A stretch of 64,000 nucleotides of DNA from Pseudomonadota bacterium (GTDB lineage Bacteria; Pseudomonadota; Gammaproteobacteria; Ga0077536), in contig JAQCEL010000001.1 of the NCBI GenBank assembly GCA_027618655.1, forward strand, positions 2,238-66,237, given 5' to 3'. Shown in pieces: positions 1-11,419 of the stretch (position 1 is its first letter; each line of letters opens with the position of its first letter). The notes under the pieces were generated by a model. That model was given only the letters and a program-made list of their open reading frames with translations, did no database searches and was not told where the DNA came from. The translations under genes were made by a program, and so were the position numbers.

Positions 1-1245
1 CCGCAATTACGTCGCTTGGTCGGGACAATCGCGAGTCGCTTTTTCGGCGATCCCTCGCAGCATCTCGACGTCATTGCCGTTACTGGCACTAACGGAAAAA
101 CGACCATCGCTCAATTATGCGCACAGGCGCTTAAACGGATCCGTGGCGATGCGGCCTACGTGGGAACCTTGGGTTATGGGCTTATCGATGAGCTGCAGAG
201 TACAAAAAATACAACGCCGGATCCCATTACGCTGCAGCGATTTTTCAGAAAACTACGCGATAATCGTTGCAGCTCGGTTGCGATTGAAGTGTCGTCACAC
301 GCGATCGTTCAATCACGAGTCGTTGGCACGGCGATAAAAGTCGCGGTATTTTCGAATCTAGGTCACGATCATCTCGATTACCATCGCGACCTTGCCGCGT
401 ACGCCCAGGCGAAGAAATCGCTGTTTGAATATCCGGGTATCCAACACGCGGTCCTTAATATCGACGATCCCATCGGCCGCGAATTACTCAGCCGTCGGCA
501 TTCAAAAATAAGCTATTGGACGTACGGACTAACCAATCACGCAGCCGACGCTGCCATTGATCGACATTTTCAAGTCGCAAAGCGTGTCGCTGATGGGCGT
601 AACGAGCGACTGACGATTGCGACTCCACAAGGTGACGTGGAAATTGTCACTTCACTACTCGGTGACTTTAACGCACTCAATTTAACCGCGGCACTTGCCG
701 CGCTCATGGCGCTCGGCATAAATGCGCAGGATGCTGCCTCAGGATTGACAGAATTACCTGGTGTAATTGGTCGGATGCAACGTCTCGACACAAGTGGCGC
801 TCAGAGTCCAATGATCGTGATTGACTACGCGCACACCCCGGAAGGGCTGGCCCGCGTACTTGACGTTTTGCGTGAAAAAACCGCTGGCGAACTCATTTGC
901 GTGTTCGGTTGTGGCGGCGACCGCGATCCGACAAAACGCGCACTGATGGGACGCGCAGCGGAAGAAGGTGCGGACCGAGTGATCATCACGAGTGACAATC
1001 CCCGCAGCGAGCGCAATGAAGACATTGCTGCCGCCATCCTCGCAGGCATGCAGCACACCGATGCGATCGAAGTGATTCATGATCGTGGCTCTGCTATCGA
1101 ACGCGCCATTGAGCTTGCGGAAGCCGCAGACACCGTTTTGATCGCGGGCAAAGGTCACGAATTATCTCAAGAAATTCACGGCACGCTTCACTCTTTCTCC
1201 GACGCATGCGTTGCGCGGCAAGCATTGCGGGAGAGATTCGCGTGA
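1..1245 (+). CDS. murE: UDP-N-acetylmuramoyl-L-alanyl-D-glutamate--2,6-diaminopimelate ligase MurE (5' partial, runs off window start)
   Basis: Reading frame is open from base 1. The translation carries Mur ligase motifs (VTGTNGKTT, DNPRSE) and sits at the head of the dcw gene order. Confidence 0.9.
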   Translation, partial: PQLRRLVGTIASRFFGDPSQHLDVIAVTGTNGKTTIAQLCAQALKRIRGDAAYVGTLGYGLIDELQSTKNTTPDPITLQRFFRKLRDNRCSSVAIEVSSHAIVQSRVVGTAIKVAVFSNLGHDHLDYHRDLAAYAQAKKSLFEYPGIQHAVLNIDDPIGRELLSRRHSKISYWTYGLTNHAADAAIDRHFQVAKRVADGRNERLTIATPQGDVEIVTSLLGDFNALNLTAALAALMALGINAQDAASGLTELPGVIGRMQRLDTSGAQSPMIVIDYAHTPEGLARVLDVLREKTAGELICVFGCGGDRDPTKRALMGRAAEEGADRVIITSDNPRSERNEDIAAAILAGMQHTDAIEVIHDRGSAIERAIELAEAADTVLIAGKGHELSQEIHGTLHSFSDACVARQALRERFA

Positions 1246-1250
1246 TTCGC

Positions 1251-2603
1251 ATGTTACTGAGTGATGCAGCGCGCGAACTCGCGGTCACGCTGGCTGGCCA
1301 GGATCGATGGTTCGAAGGCGTGTCGACGGATTCGCGCACAATTCAAAACGACGAGCTCTACTGCGCGCTACGCGGAGCAACGTTTAACGGACACGATTTT
1401 TGTCAGGATGTGCAACAAAACGGTGCCGCCGGCGCGCTAGTGGATTGCGCGGTCGACGCAAATCTTGCGACGGTGACGGTTGCTAATACGAAACTAGCGC
1501 TAGGCCAACTTGCTAGTGCTTGGCGGCGTAACTTCAGCATTCCGCTTGTTGGAGTTACTGGCAGTAACGGTAAGACGACGGTTAAGGAAATGATCACGTC
1601 GATATTGCAAGTTAACCACACGGTACTTGCAACACAGGGTAATTTAAATAACGAAATCGGTGTGCCGCAGACTCTCTTTCGCCTGAGCAACAAGCATGAC
1701 TTCGCAGTCCTCGAAATGGGTGCGAGTCACGTCGGCGATATTGAATACTTGAGCGGCCTTGTGCGCCCACAGGTTGCCGTTGTGACTTTATGCGCGCCAG
1801 CGCATCTTGAGGGTTTTGGATCGATTGAACAGGTCGCTCAAGCAAAAGGAGAGATTTATAGCGGCCTCAGCGCCACTGGCGCAGCGGTTATTAACGCCGA
1901 CGATAACTTTGCGCAATACTGGCAAGGTATCGCAGGTGAGCGCACGCTACTGCGGTTCGGTGTTAATCAGCCTGCCGACGTCATAGCCCGCAATATTGCG
2001 ATTCGCGGTATTGCCAAAGGCGTTCAATTCTCGCTCACATTGCCGAGCGGGCAATGTGACATCAGGCTTCCGTTCGATGGTATGCACAACGTCTCGAACG
2101 CCTTGGCAGCAGCGGCCGTCGCCTTCGCGCTAAATATTCCCATTGATGCAATCAAGGCAGGCTTAGAAACAGCAAGCAAAGTCGCCGGGCGATTATGCAT
2201 CGTTAATGGGCAGCATGGAGAGCGCATCATTGATGACACCTACAACGCGAATCCTGCCTCCCTTGCAGCCGCGGTTGATCTCTTGGCCGCTGAACGCGGG
2301 CAACGGTGGCTAGTGCTCGGTGATATGGGCGAACTCGGCCGTGACACCGAGCAATTGCATCGCGACGCCGGAACGCTGGTTCGGGCCGCCGGTATCGATC
2401 GCTTGTTCACGTTCGGTGATCTCGCTGCCGAGGCGGGGGTCAGCTTCGGACACGCAGCACAACATTATGACGAAATTGACGCGCTAATTAAGGATTTGAT
2501 TGCCGTGTCCAAGCATGACGCGACGATTCTTGTCAAAGGTTCGCGGGCCATGCGAATGGAGCGGGTGGTGCATGCATTGGCCGGAGTTGATTCGCCATGT
2601 TGA
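1251..2603 (+). CDS. murF: UDP-MurNAc-pentapeptide synthetase MurF
   Basis: 465-aa ORF with [11 protein letters not shown]-loop and Mur ligase C-terminal domain. The ATG at 1251 gives an [11 protein letters not shown]-terminus right after the murE stop. A GTG at 1242 overlapping the stop is an alternative start. Confidence 0.85.
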   Translation: MLLSDAARELAVTLAGQDRWFEGVSTDSRTIQNDELYCALRGATFNGHDFCQDVQQNGAAGALVDCAVDANLATVTVANTKLALGQLASAWRRNFSIPLVGVTGSNGKTTVKEMITSILQVNHTVLATQGNLNNEIGVPQTLFRLSNKHDFAVLEMGASHVGDIEYLSGLVRPQVAVVTLCAPAHLEGFGSIEQVAQAKGEIYSGLSATGAAVINADDNFAQYWQGIAGERTLLRFGVNQPADVIARNIAIRGIAKGVQFSLTLPSGQCDIRLPFDGMHNVSNALAAAAVAFALNIPIDAIKAGLETASKVAGRLCIVNGQHGERIIDDTYNANPASLAAAVDLLAAERGQRWLVLGDMGELGRDTEQLHRDAGTLVRAAGIDRLFTFGDLAAEAGVSFGHAAQHYDEIDALIKDLIAVSKHDATILVKGSRAMRMERVVHALAGVDSPC

Positions 2604-3679
2604 TGTATCTCGCCGAATATTTATCGACCTTCCATTCCGGATTCAATGTTTTCCAGTACATCACCTTACGTACGATTCTCGGGGTACTAACGGCACTGTT
2701 TATTGCGCTTTTGATCGGGCCGGTCATGATCCGGCGTTTGAGCTTTTTACAAATCGGCCAGACCGTTCGTAGTGACGGACCGCAGAGTCATTTATCAAAG
2801 GCGGGCACGCCAACGATGGGTGGGCTGTTGATCTTAATTTCGATCGCGGCGAGTACCTTATTGTGGGCTAACTTGAGCAACCGATTCATATGGGTTGTGC
2901 TGATTACGACGGCGGCGTTTGGCGTTATTGGATGGGTAGATGATTATCTAAAATTGACCCAGCGTAATTCCAAAGGTCTCAGTGCGCGCAAGAAATACGG
3001 TTGGCAATCGCTCGCCGCGTTAGTGGCCGCATTGTTTCTATTCTTAACGGCGAAAACGCCGGTCGAGACTGAACTCATCGTTCCGTTTTTTAAGAACGTC
3101 GCACTAAGTCTCGGATGGTTTTACGTAATACTCACCTACTTTGTGGTTGTCGGAACGAGTAACGCGGTTAATCTGACCGACGGTTTAGATGGTCTCGCGA
3201 TTCTGCCGGCGGTTTTAGTTGCTGGCGCGCTGATCGTGTTTGCTTATGTTGGCGGGCACGTTAAATTTTCTGGCTACCTCGGCGTTCCTTACATCGCGGG
3301 GGTTGGCGAAGTCTGCGTGTTTTGTGGATCGATCGTCGGGGCTGGCCTAGGCTTTCTGTGGTTCAACACCTACCCAGCGCAAGTTTTTATGGGTGACATC
3401 GGCGCATTGGCGCTCGGCGCGGCCCTTGCTATCGTCGCGGTAATTGTCCGTCAGGAACTCGTGCTGTTCATAATGGGTGGCGTCTTCGTAATTGAGACGG
3501 TATCTGTGATCCTTCAGGTTGTGTCTTTCAAGCTGACCGGCAAACGGATTTTTCGCATGGCCCCGTTGCATCATCATTACGAACTGAAAGGGTGGCCCGA
3601 GCCAAGGGTCATCGTGCGATTTTGGATCATCACGGTCATCCTGGTCTTAGTCGCGTTAGCGACTTTGAAGATTCGATAA
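2597..3679 (+). CDS. mraY: phospho-N-acetylmuramoyl-pentapeptide transferase MraY
   Basis: 360-aa polytopic membrane protein with the MraY motifs [13 protein letters not shown] and MAPLHHHYE. Its start overlaps the murF stop. Confidence 0.92.
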   Translation: MLMYLAEYLSTFHSGFNVFQYITLRTILGVLTALFIALLIGPVMIRRLSFLQIGQTVRSDGPQSHLSKAGTPTMGGLLILISIAASTLLWANLSNRFIWVVLITTAAFGVIGWVDDYLKLTQRNSKGLSARKKYGWQSLAALVAALFLFLTAKTPVETELIVPFFKNVALSLGWFYVILTYFVVVGTSNAVNLTDGLDGLAILPAVLVAGALIVFAYVGGHVKFSGYLGVPYIAGVGEVCVFCGSIVGAGLGFLWFNTYPAQVFMGDIGALALGAALAIVAVIVRQELVLFIMGGVFVIETVSVILQVVSFKLTGKRIFRMAPLHHHYELKGWPEPRVIVRFWIITVILVLVALATLKIR

Positions 3680-3680
3680 C

Positions 3681-5066
3681 ATGGGCTTTGCTAACACCGC
3701 CACAGTTGGTGATTTTATGAGCGAGCAACCGATCGACACTGAATGCGTTGTATTCGGCCTAGGCAAGACGGGATTATCCTGTGCCAATTTTCTAAGCGAA
3801 CAAGGTATCGCATGTACTGTTGTTGACACACGTTACGATCCCCCAGGCCGCGATGCGCTGCGTCGGTCGCACCCTAACATCAGGCTGATCGCGGGTTCGC
3901 TTTCAGCGGATCTATTAGGAACCTGCAAACAGATTATTCTGAGTCCGGGCGTATCGCGGGCGCATCCTTTCGTTAGCTATGCGTTGGAATGTGGCGTCGA
4001 AGTGATCGGCGATATTGAATTATTCGCACGCAACGTCAATGCGCCGGTAATCGCGGTTACTGGCTCGAACGGGAAGAGCACGGTCGTCACGCTGGTCTCG
4101 GATATATTAGCGGCGGCCGGGTTCATGGTTCGCTGCGGCGGAAATATCGGAACTCCGGCGCTCGAATTGCTGCAAGAGGCGAGCCCAGTCGACTGCTACG
4201 TTCTCGAATTATCGAGCTTCCAACTTGAATCGACCTATTCGTTAGCACCGGAGGTGGCTTGCATTCTAAATGTGTCGCCCGATCACATGGATCGCTATGC
4301 CGACTTCGCCGGCTATGTCGCGGCAAAAACTCGCATTCTGACGAGCGCGAAATTCGCGGTACTTAACGCGGACAATCCAGAGTTGGCGAAACTCAAACCC
4401 GATTGCACAACGCGATACTTCGGTATCTCCGCGTCTGGATCGGAGTCCTACTGCAGCGCTGAGATCAACGGCGTCTCATGGTTGATTACGGATCACCAGC
4501 CACTAATACCTGTGAAGGAACTCGGCGTTCAAGGCGAACACAATTACTTAAATGCACTCGCTGCCGTCGCCATAACGGATCGACTATGCGTCGCACGCGA
4601 TGTGCAAAAGCGGGTTTTGTCTGCGTTTCAAGGGCTAGTACATCGTTGTCAAACGATCGCAATTCGACAAGGTGTCGATTGGATCGATGATTCGAAGGGC
4701 ACGAACGTCGGTGCGAGTTGCGCGGCGATTGCTGGCGTGTTCGCAGCACGAAATGGAATTCTCATAGCCGGAGGGCAGGGCAAGGATGCAGAATTTTCGG
4801 GGCTTGGCTCGGTTATCAAACAACACGTTCGTGCTGTGGTGCTGATCGGTGAGGACGCGAAATTAATTGCTGAGGTTTTGGACGAGAGTGTCGATGTTTA
4901 TTTCGCGCTTGATATGGATGCTGCGGTATCGATTGCTGCGACCTTAGCCGTATCAGGCGACGCAGTTCTACTATCTCCTGCCTGTGCAAGCTTCGACATG
5001 TTTGCAAATTTTGAAGCGCGTGGCGACGCGTTCGCAACGGCAGTCAATCGCTTGGATCTAACATGA
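3681..5066 (+). CDS. murD: UDP-N-acetylmuramoylalanine--D-glutamate ligase MurD
   Basis: Mur ligase motifs (VTGSNGKST). A more likely start is the ATG near 3714 (MSEQPID...), which is preceded by a GGTGA Shine-Dalgarno sequence. Confidence 0.88.
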   Translation: MGFANTATVGDFMSEQPIDTECVVFGLGKTGLSCANFLSEQGIACTVVDTRYDPPGRDALRRSHPNIRLIAGSLSADLLGTCKQIILSPGVSRAHPFVSYALECGVEVIGDIELFARNVNAPVIAVTGSNGKSTVVTLVSDILAAAGFMVRCGGNIGTPALELLQEASPVDCYVLELSSFQLESTYSLAPEVACILNVSPDHMDRYADFAGYVAAKTRILTSAKFAVLNADNPELAKLKPDCTTRYFGISASGSESYCSAEINGVSWLITDHQPLIPVKELGVQGEHNYLNALAAVAITDRLCVARDVQKRVLSAFQGLVHRCQTIAIRQGVDWIDDSKGTNVGASCAAIAGVFAARNGILIAGGQGKDAEFSGLGSVIKQHVRAVVLIGEDAKLIAEVLDESVDVYFALDMDAAVSIAATLAVSGDAVLLSPACASFDMFANFEARGDAFATAVNRLDLT

Positions 5067-6232
5067 GTCAGGCTATAGCCCACGACGAAACAGAACCGCG
5101 TACTGGCCACGAGGATGGCGAATACGATCCGTGGTTCCTAGGTGTGATCGGCCTAATACTGGGACTCGGATTAGTGATGGTCGCGTCCGCGTCGATTCCG
5201 CTCGCGAGCAAGAACGGTTTCATTGAACTCTATTATTTTTGGCGTCAGGTAGGCGCGCTTTCGCTAGGAATAGGGATTGGTACGATCGTCGCGTATACGC
5301 CGTTAGCGGTTTTAGATCGGCTAAGTGCCGTGTTTCTTCTGGCCGGTATCGCGTTGTTAACGCTTATCCTGATACCTGGGATCGGTCACGAGGTAAATGG
5401 TAGTTTGCGATGGCTTAAAGTCGGCCCGTTGACGGTCCAGGCGTCGGAACCAATGAAAATCGTGGTTATCGTTTATGTGTCCTCATATCTCGTGCGGCAT
5501 AAATTGCATGTTCAAACGGATTTTATTGGTTTCATTAAACCGATTGGTGTAATGACAGTGGTCGCTGGATTGCTGTTGCTAGAACCGGACTTCGGAGCGA
5601 CCGTCGTGATCTTCGCAACAACATTAGGGATGTTGTTTCTTGGCCGCGTCCCGTTCGTGCGCTTTTTTTCATGGGGTCTCGTCGCGCTTGCTACGCTCGC
5701 ATCACTCGCGATGCTAGCGCCATATCGAATGCGGCGCTTGATGACTTTTATGGACCCTTGGTCGGACCCCTACGACACAGGCTTTCAGCTGACTCAAGCC
5801 TTGATCGCATTCGGGCGCGGCGAGTGGCTTGGTGTCGGTCTCGGTAACAGCATCCAAAAATTGTTTTATCTACCCGAAGTGCACACGGACTTCTTATTTG
5901 CAGTCGTTGCTGAAGAACTCGGCATGATCGGGACACTCTTCGTGATCACACTGTTTCTGTTTCTTGTTTGGCGGATCATGTTTATCGGGAGCCTCGCGCA
6001 TCGCCGCGGTCTCGAATTCGCCGCTTATCTGTCGTACGGCATCGCGTTAATTATTGGCATGGAAGCGTTTATCAACATCGGAGTAAACATGGGATTACTG
6101 CCGACCAAGGGCTTGACGCTTCCTCTAATGAGTTACGGGAGTAACAGCATAGTCACCGTGTGCGTGATGTTGGCACTGGTGTGGCGGGTCGTAAAAGAAA
6201 CGCGCGCGGTAACCAGAGAGCTGAAATCATGA
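5063..6232 (+). CDS. ftsW: peptidoglycan glycosyltransferase / lipid II flippase FtsW (SEDS family)
   Basis: 389-aa polytopic membrane protein with SEDS motifs (PSEPMK, KGLTLPLMSYGGSS-like). Position between murD and murG. Confidence 0.9.
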   Translation: MSQAIAHDETEPRTGHEDGEYDPWFLGVIGLILGLGLVMVASASIPLASKNGFIELYYFWRQVGALSLGIGIGTIVAYTPLAVLDRLSAVFLLAGIALLTLILIPGIGHEVNGSLRWLKVGPLTVQASEPMKIVVIVYVSSYLVRHKLHVQTDFIGFIKPIGVMTVVAGLLLLEPDFGATVVIFATTLGMLFLGRVPFVRFFSWGLVALATLASLAMLAPYRMRRLMTFMDPWSDPYDTGFQLTQALIAFGRGEWLGVGLGNSIQKLFYLPEVHTDFLFAVVAEELGMIGTLFVITLFLFLVWRIMFIGSLAHRRGLEFAAYLSYGIALIIGMEAFINIGVNMGLLPTKGLTLPLMSYGSNSIVTVCVMLALVWRVVKETRAVTRELKS

Positions 6233-7311
6233 AACAGCTAACTCGAACAATAATGATTGTTGCCGGCGGAACGGGCGGGCATATATTCCCTGGACTTGCA
6301 GTCGCAGAATGTCTCAAAGAGCATGGTATTCGAACAGTCTGGCTTGGTTCAAAGCGCGGATTAGAAACGCGAATCGTACCGCAAGCTGGGCTTCGACTGG
6401 TCCAAATCGCGATCTCCGGATTGCGGGGTAGCGGTCCATGGCGTTGGCTTTTGGCTCCCTTAACCTTAACGATCGCGGTTGCTCAGGCAATCTCGGCGGT
6501 CGTACGCGTACGTCCAAATGTCGTGCTAGGTATGGGTGGCTTCGCGAGTGGACCAGGTGGTGTCGCGGCTTGGATCTGCCGTCGGCCACTCATTATTCAC
6601 GAACAAAACTCGATACCCGGCCTGACAAATTTACTATTGAGTCGACTTGCCACCAAGGTACTACAGGGCTTTCCCGGCGCGTTTCCGGAGCGCAGACAGC
6701 CAATTACTGTCGGTAACCCGATCCGAAAGTCAATTGCAGCGACGACGACCCCGCGTGAACGTGAACTCGAATCTGGTGCGTTTAAAATTTTAGTCGTCGG
6801 CGGCAGTCGTGGCGCGCGCGCTTTGAACGAGGGACTGCCAAGCGCGCTCGCAAAAATAAAAATGGAACACGTCGAAGTCTTACACCAATGTGGTCGCGGA
6901 AATCGCGCACAGACCGAACAAGGCTACGCGGACTTCGATGGCGTCGTCACAGTCACAGAGTTCATAGACGACGTTGGTGCAGCATACCGTTGGGCCACGC
7001 TCGTTATCTGTCGCGCCGGCGCGCTGACGATCGCGGAGTTAGCAGCTGCTGGCGTCGCAGCGATCCTTGTGCCTTTTCCACACGCGGTTGACGACCACCA
7101 AACAGCAAACGCTAAGTTTTTGCTGAATTCGAATGCAGCCTTGATGGTGACCGAAGGTGCAAACTTTGAGCAACGCTTGGCGGATTCCATCGCCGAGCTT
7201 TATAAGGATCGCCCTCAGATCACTTTACTTGCTGAACGCGCGGGCAAACTTGCAACGCTCGACGCCGCAAATGTCGTTGCAGCTCATTGCCGGGAGTTGT
7301 TGGATGCATGA
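6229..7311 (+). CDS. murG: UDP-GlcNAc:undecaprenyl-PP-MurNAc-pentapeptide GlcNAc transferase MurG
   Basis: The ORF contains MKQLTRTIMIVAGGTGGHIFPGLAVA, a typical MurG N-terminus. ATGA start overlaps the ftsW stop. The longer ORF from 6160 is probably read-through of the overlap. Confidence 0.88.
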   Translation: MKQLTRTIMIVAGGTGGHIFPGLAVAECLKEHGIRTVWLGSKRGLETRIVPQAGLRLVQIAISGLRGSGPWRWLLAPLTLTIAVAQAISAVVRVRPNVVLGMGGFASGPGGVAAWICRRPLIIHEQNSIPGLTNLLLSRLATKVLQGFPGAFPERRQPITVGNPIRKSIAATTTPRERELESGAFKILVVGGSRGARALNEGLPSALAKIKMEHVEVLHQCGRGNRAQTEQGYADFDGVVTVTEFIDDVGAAYRWATLVICRAGALTIAELAAAGVAAILVPFPHAVDDHQTANAKFLLNSNAALMVTEGANFEQRLADSIAELYKDRPQITLLAERAGKLATLDAANVVAAHCRELLDA

Positions 7312-8749
7312 GTCAGTCGACCTTCCTATGCATCATGTTCGACGGATCCACTTCGTCGGGATCGGTGGAGCGGGCATGAGTGGCATCGCAGAGGTGCTAA
7401 ATAACTTGGGCTACGACGTATCGGGTTCAGATCGCAATGCGAATCGAATGACCAGGCATCTGCAGTCAATTGGGGTTTCGGTGTTTGATCATCACGACGC
7501 AGAAAATATTATCGGCGCAAACGTCGTCGTGTACTCAAGCGCGATCCCGGATTCCAACGTCGAACTCCGCGCCGCGCGAAAGCAGCGGGTTCCGACGATT
7601 CCGCGAGCCGAGATGCTTGCAGAATTGATGCGATTTCGCCGCGGGATAGCGGTTGCAGGGACGCACGGAAAGACCACGACAACGAGTTTGATTGCTGCCA
7701 TATTGGCCGAAGCCGGACTAGATCCGACGTATGTAATTGGCGGCTTAGTTAACGCGATAGATTCCCACGCCCGGCTCGGGACAGGCGACTACTTAGTTGC
7801 GGAAGCGGACGAAAGTGATGCCTCATTTTTGCTACTCAATCCGTTAATCGCGGTGCTGACGAATATCGATGCTGATCACATGGGCACTTATGACGGCGAC
7901 TTCTCGAAGTTACGCATGAGTTTTGTCGAGTTTTTTAAACGCCTGCCTTTTTATGGCATCGCCGTCGTTTGCATTGACGATCCCGAAGTCAAAACCATTT
8001 TGCCTGAGTTACGCACCAAGGTAGTGACTTACGGGACTTCCGATCAGGCTGATGTGCGAGGATTTGATTTCCACCAAAATGGGGCGCGTTCGCAATTCAA
8101 AGTTGCATTTCCGAATTCCAGCGACATTTTGTCGGTAAGCTTGAATATGCCTGGCGAGCACAACATGCTGAATTCGCTTGCCGCCATTGCAATCGCGAGC
8201 GAATTGCGCGTCAAAAATGAGGCAATTACAACGGCCTTGCAGTCATTCCAGGGCATCGGCCGGCGTTGCCAATGGATGGGTGACACGCAAATTGGAACTG
8301 AGCGCATATCGGTGATTGATGATTATGGGCATCATCCGAGTGAGATCCGCGTGACGATCAAAGCCGTGCGCGATGGCTGGCCTGGCCACCGGTTGCTGGT
8401 CGCATTCCAGCCACATCGATTCACTCGAACTCGAGATTTATTCGAAGATTTCGCAGACGTGCTAAGCAGTACAGACAAGCTCGTCATTATGGAAGTTTAC
8501 GCCGCAGGCGAGGCTGCCATTAGTGGTGCGGATGGCCGGGCTCTGTGCCGCGCAGTGCGGGCAAGGGGCAAAGTCGATCCGATCTTCGTGCAAGGTCCGG
8601 AGCAGCTTATCGAAGCTTTGGACGGCATTGTCGAAACCGGCGATATCTTGTTATTGCTTGGGGCAGGAAGCATCGGCCGGACAACTGAATATCTGAAATT
8701 TGAGCGCTCACCCGCGCGCGCTGAGGTTGGTCGCAACCATGCAGTTTAG
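7304..8749 (+). CDS. murC: UDP-N-acetylmuramate--L-alanine ligase MurC
   Basis: MHESVD...IHFVGIGGAGMSGIAEVL is a typical MurC N-terminus. GTHGKTTTTS P-loop. Start chosen inside the longer track ORF, just after the murG stop; coordinate accurate to +/- a few bases. Confidence 0.85.
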   Translation: MHESVDLPMHHVRRIHFVGIGGAGMSGIAEVLNNLGYDVSGSDRNANRMTRHLQSIGVSVFDHHDAENIIGANVVVYSSAIPDSNVELRAARKQRVPTIPRAEMLAELMRFRRGIAVAGTHGKTTTTSLIAAILAEAGLDPTYVIGGLVNAIDSHARLGTGDYLVAEADESDASFLLLNPLIAVLTNIDADHMGTYDGDFSKLRMSFVEFFKRLPFYGIAVVCIDDPEVKTILPELRTKVVTYGTSDQADVRGFDFHQNGARSQFKVAFPNSSDILSVSLNMPGEHNMLNSLAAIAIASELRVKNEAITTALQSFQGIGRRCQWMGDTQIGTERISVIDDYGHHPSEIRVTIKAVRDGWPGHRLLVAFQPHRFTRTRDLFEDFADVLSSTDKLVIMEVYAAGEAAISGADGRALCRAVRARGKVDPIFVQGPEQLIEALDGIVETGDILLLLGAGSIGRTTEYLKFERSPARAEVGRNHAV

Positions 8750-9644
8750 CGTGCGCGGAAAATTGACTACCGACGAGCCAATGTCTCGACATTGTTCGTG
8801 GCGTACAGGAGGCACGGCGGAGCGTTATTTTGAACCTGCTGATCGTGATGATCTCATCGCTTACTTAAAACAAACACCTGACGATGAGGCGCTTACCTGG
8901 ATCGGACTCGGCAGCAACCTATTAGTTCGAGATGGAGGATTAACCGGTACGGTCATCTCGACCTCAAAGACCTTAAACGGGTATGAATGGATCAACGCGA
9001 ATCAGCTATACGTGGAATGCGGCACACCGTGCGCCAAAGTCGCCAAAGAGGCTGCAAAGATGTCTGTCGGCGGAGGCGGTTTTCTTGCCGGAATTCCGGG
9101 TACGGTCGGTGGTGCGCTGGCAATGAATGCGGGGGCTTTTGGCCGTGAAATCTGGATGCTGGTTGAAAGCGTCGAGCTACTGCGGCGCGACGGTGTCAGC
9201 CGTCAATGCGCGGGATCCGAATTCTCTATTTCTTATCGACACGTCGAGGTGCCCGCTGGGCATTGGTTCATCAGTACGGTATTACATTTCACCGACGACC
9301 CGAGCGAGGACGCAGATAATGAAATATCGACGCTATTAGCTAAGCGTAGTGCTTCTCAACCAACCGGACAGGCGAGTTGTGGTTCGGTATTCAAGAATCC
9401 CGCAGGCGATTTCGCTGGGCGGCTGATTGAGAGTGCCGGACTAAAGGGTCTTCGAGTCGGCGGGTGTTGCGTATCGAACAAGCACGCGAATTTCATCATT
9501 AACGACCAAGATGCAAGCGCTTCAGATCTTGAATCGTTAATCGTAAACGTACAACGCACTGTCGCTAAAATATTCGGAGTAACATTGGAACCCGAAGTCA
9601 GAATCGTCGGTCGTCCACCTAGCCATGAGCATAGGGCGGGCTAA
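8739..9644 (+). CDS. murB: UDP-N-acetylenolpyruvoylglucosamine reductase MurB
   Basis: FAD-binding PCMH-type domain motifs (GLGSNLL, GGGGFLAGIPGTVGGA). Start at the internal Met (MQFSVRGKL) overlapping the murC end. Confidence 0.8.
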   Translation: MQFSVRGKLTTDEPMSRHCSWRTGGTAERYFEPADRDDLIAYLKQTPDDEALTWIGLGSNLLVRDGGLTGTVISTSKTLNGYEWINANQLYVECGTPCAKVAKEAAKMSVGGGGFLAGIPGTVGGALAMNAGAFGREIWMLVESVELLRRDGVSRQCAGSEFSISYRHVEVPAGHWFISTVLHFTDDPSEDADNEISTLLAKRSASQPTGQASCGSVFKNPAGDFAGRLIESAGLKGLRVGGCCVSNKHANFIINDQDASASDLESLIVNVQRTVAKIFGVTLEPEVRIVGRPPSHEHRAG

Positions 9645-9647
9645 TCA

Positions 9648-10601
9648 ATGGAATTGGGGCGGCCACTTAGGAATGAAGAAATCGTTGCAACAGCAGGTAG
9701 AGTTGCTGTGTTGATGGGCGGCCCGTCGGCTGAGCGCGAAATTTCTTTGAAGAGCGGGCGGGCCGTTGCCGAGGCGCTGTTGCGAGTTGGTGTAGATGCT
9801 CGCGAGATTGTGTGGGACGGTGACTTGGTAGGCCAATTGATCGATTGCGCGCCTGATCGCGCTTTCATTGCGCTGCACGGGCGTGGCGGTGAAGATGGCA
9901 GCGTGCAAGGACTGCTCGAAGTAATGCAGATCCCCTATACAGGTAGCGATGTACTGGGCAGTGCATTGTGCATGGACAAAGTTCGTTCAAAGCAAGTTTG
10001 GCGTAATGCCGGTCTCCCGACACCAGATTTTGTGGTTTATTGTCGTGGCGAGGAGATTCAGCAGCGCGCCGAGGCCGTAAGCTATCCGGCGATTGTAAAG
10101 CCTGCGCGCGAAGGTTCCAGTTTAGGGGTTTCAAGGGTCGACTCGAGTTCTGAATTAGTGCCAGCGCTCGAAAAGGCATTACGTTACGACGACGTCGTGT
10201 TAATCGAAAACTGGGTAACAGGATCCGAGTACACACTCGGGATCGTCGCGGGTGTCGCGTTGCCGATCATTAAACTTGAAACCCCTAACAAGTTTTACGA
10301 TTTCGATGCCAAGTACGTCGCCAACACGACTCGTTATTTGTGTCCCTGCGGACTGTCTGAGGATGCGTTGGCACAATATTCAGCCATGGGTTTAAGCGCA
10401 TTCGCGGCGCTTGGGGCGAAGGGTTGGGGACGGGTCGACTTCATGCTCGACGCTCAATCGCAACCCTGGCTTATCGAATTAAACACGGTTCCTGGCATGA
10501 CTGATCACTCGTTAGTACCGATGGCGGCGCAAGCGTGCGGGATCGACTTTGACGAACTCGTCGTGAAGATTCTTGGCTCAAGTTTCGGTGAGGTCGAATG
10601 A
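9648..10601 (+). CDS. ddl: D-alanine--D-alanine ligase
   Basis: 317-aa ATP-grasp enzyme (VAVLMGGPSAEREISL, ...ELNTVPGMT). Position between murB and ftsQ. Confidence 0.9.
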   Translation: MELGRPLRNEEIVATAGRVAVLMGGPSAEREISLKSGRAVAEALLRVGVDAREIVWDGDLVGQLIDCAPDRAFIALHGRGGEDGSVQGLLEVMQIPYTGSDVLGSALCMDKVRSKQVWRNAGLPTPDFVVYCRGEEIQQRAEAVSYPAIVKPAREGSSLGVSRVDSSSELVPALEKALRYDDVVLIENWVTGSEYTLGIVAGVALPIIKLETPNKFYDFDAKYVANTTRYLCPCGLSEDALAQYSAMGLSAFAALGAKGWGRVDFMLDAQSQPWLIELNTVPGMTDHSLVPMAAQACGIDFDELVVKILGSSFGEVE

Positions 10602-11371
10602 TTTTTAACGCGCACACTAAGGCCCAGGCGAAACGTACCGTGCTGTCCGACGAACCGCGACGCCGACCACCATTGTTTTATGCCGTCAGCTTCTTAGCCT
10701 TCCTTATGTTTGCGTACGGCGGCTACCTTACCCAAAAGATATTTGATCCAGAGGCGTTTCCGATCCGAAAAATTGCGGTCGACGGCGAATTTCAACAAAT
10801 CACCCCGGAGGAAGTTCAGACATTCGTTTCGAACGCGATCCATGGCAGCTTTTTTGACGTTGACGTCGCGCACATCCGCACCCAAATCTTGGATCATCCG
10901 TGGATATTCGATGCTTCAGTACGCAGAGTTTGGCCAGACACGATTCGAGTTAGCATTCATGAACAGATTGCCATTGCACGCTGGGGTGAATACGGATTGT
11001 TAAACCGGCAAGCAGATATCTTTGTCCCTGATGCCGACTCACTGCCGCCCGATTTAGTTGTTCTCGACGGCCCGATAGGCTCAGAAGCAGAATTGTTAGC
11101 ACGGTATAATTCCGCGCAAGAGCGCCTCGCACACGTTGGCCTAACCATCTCGCACATGAGTTTGTCGGATAGGCGCGCATGGGTCCTGAAGATATCGCAC
11201 GGCGCGACCCTAGTGGTTGGACGTAACTCGTTGGATAGTCGTCTCGATCGATTCGGGCGGGCGTTCGAACGCGTGCTCAAGGATAATTGGATGAAGGTTG
11301 AGTCGATCGATCTCCGCTACACGAACGGCTTTGCGATTCGTGAGAAAAAATCGGATCCCAGCAATGGTTAA
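10598..11371 (+). CDS. ftsQ: cell division protein FtsQ
   Basis: 257 aa, with a single N-terminal TM segment followed by POTRA-like and FtsQ beta domains. Position between ddl and ftsA. Confidence 0.85.
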   Translation: MIFNAHTKAQAKRTVLSDEPRRRPPLFYAVSFLAFLMFAYGGYLTQKIFDPEAFPIRKIAVDGEFQQITPEEVQTFVSNAIHGSFFDVDVAHIRTQILDHPWIFDASVRRVWPDTIRVSIHEQIAIARWGEYGLLNRQADIFVPDADSLPPDLVVLDGPIGSEAELLARYNSAQERLAHVGLTISHMSLSDRRAWVLKISHGATLVVGRNSLDSRLDRFGRAFERVLKDNWMKVESIDLRYTNGFAIREKKSDPSNG

Positions 11372-11419
11372 AGCCAGCCATCCACCCCACAGCTTTGCGA
11401 ACCGGAGTTTCGTAAACCG

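Noticed and set aside
754-1158. 134-aa and 77-aa minus-strand ORFs inside murE
   Set aside because: Antisense to a conserved Mur ligase gene. No motifs.
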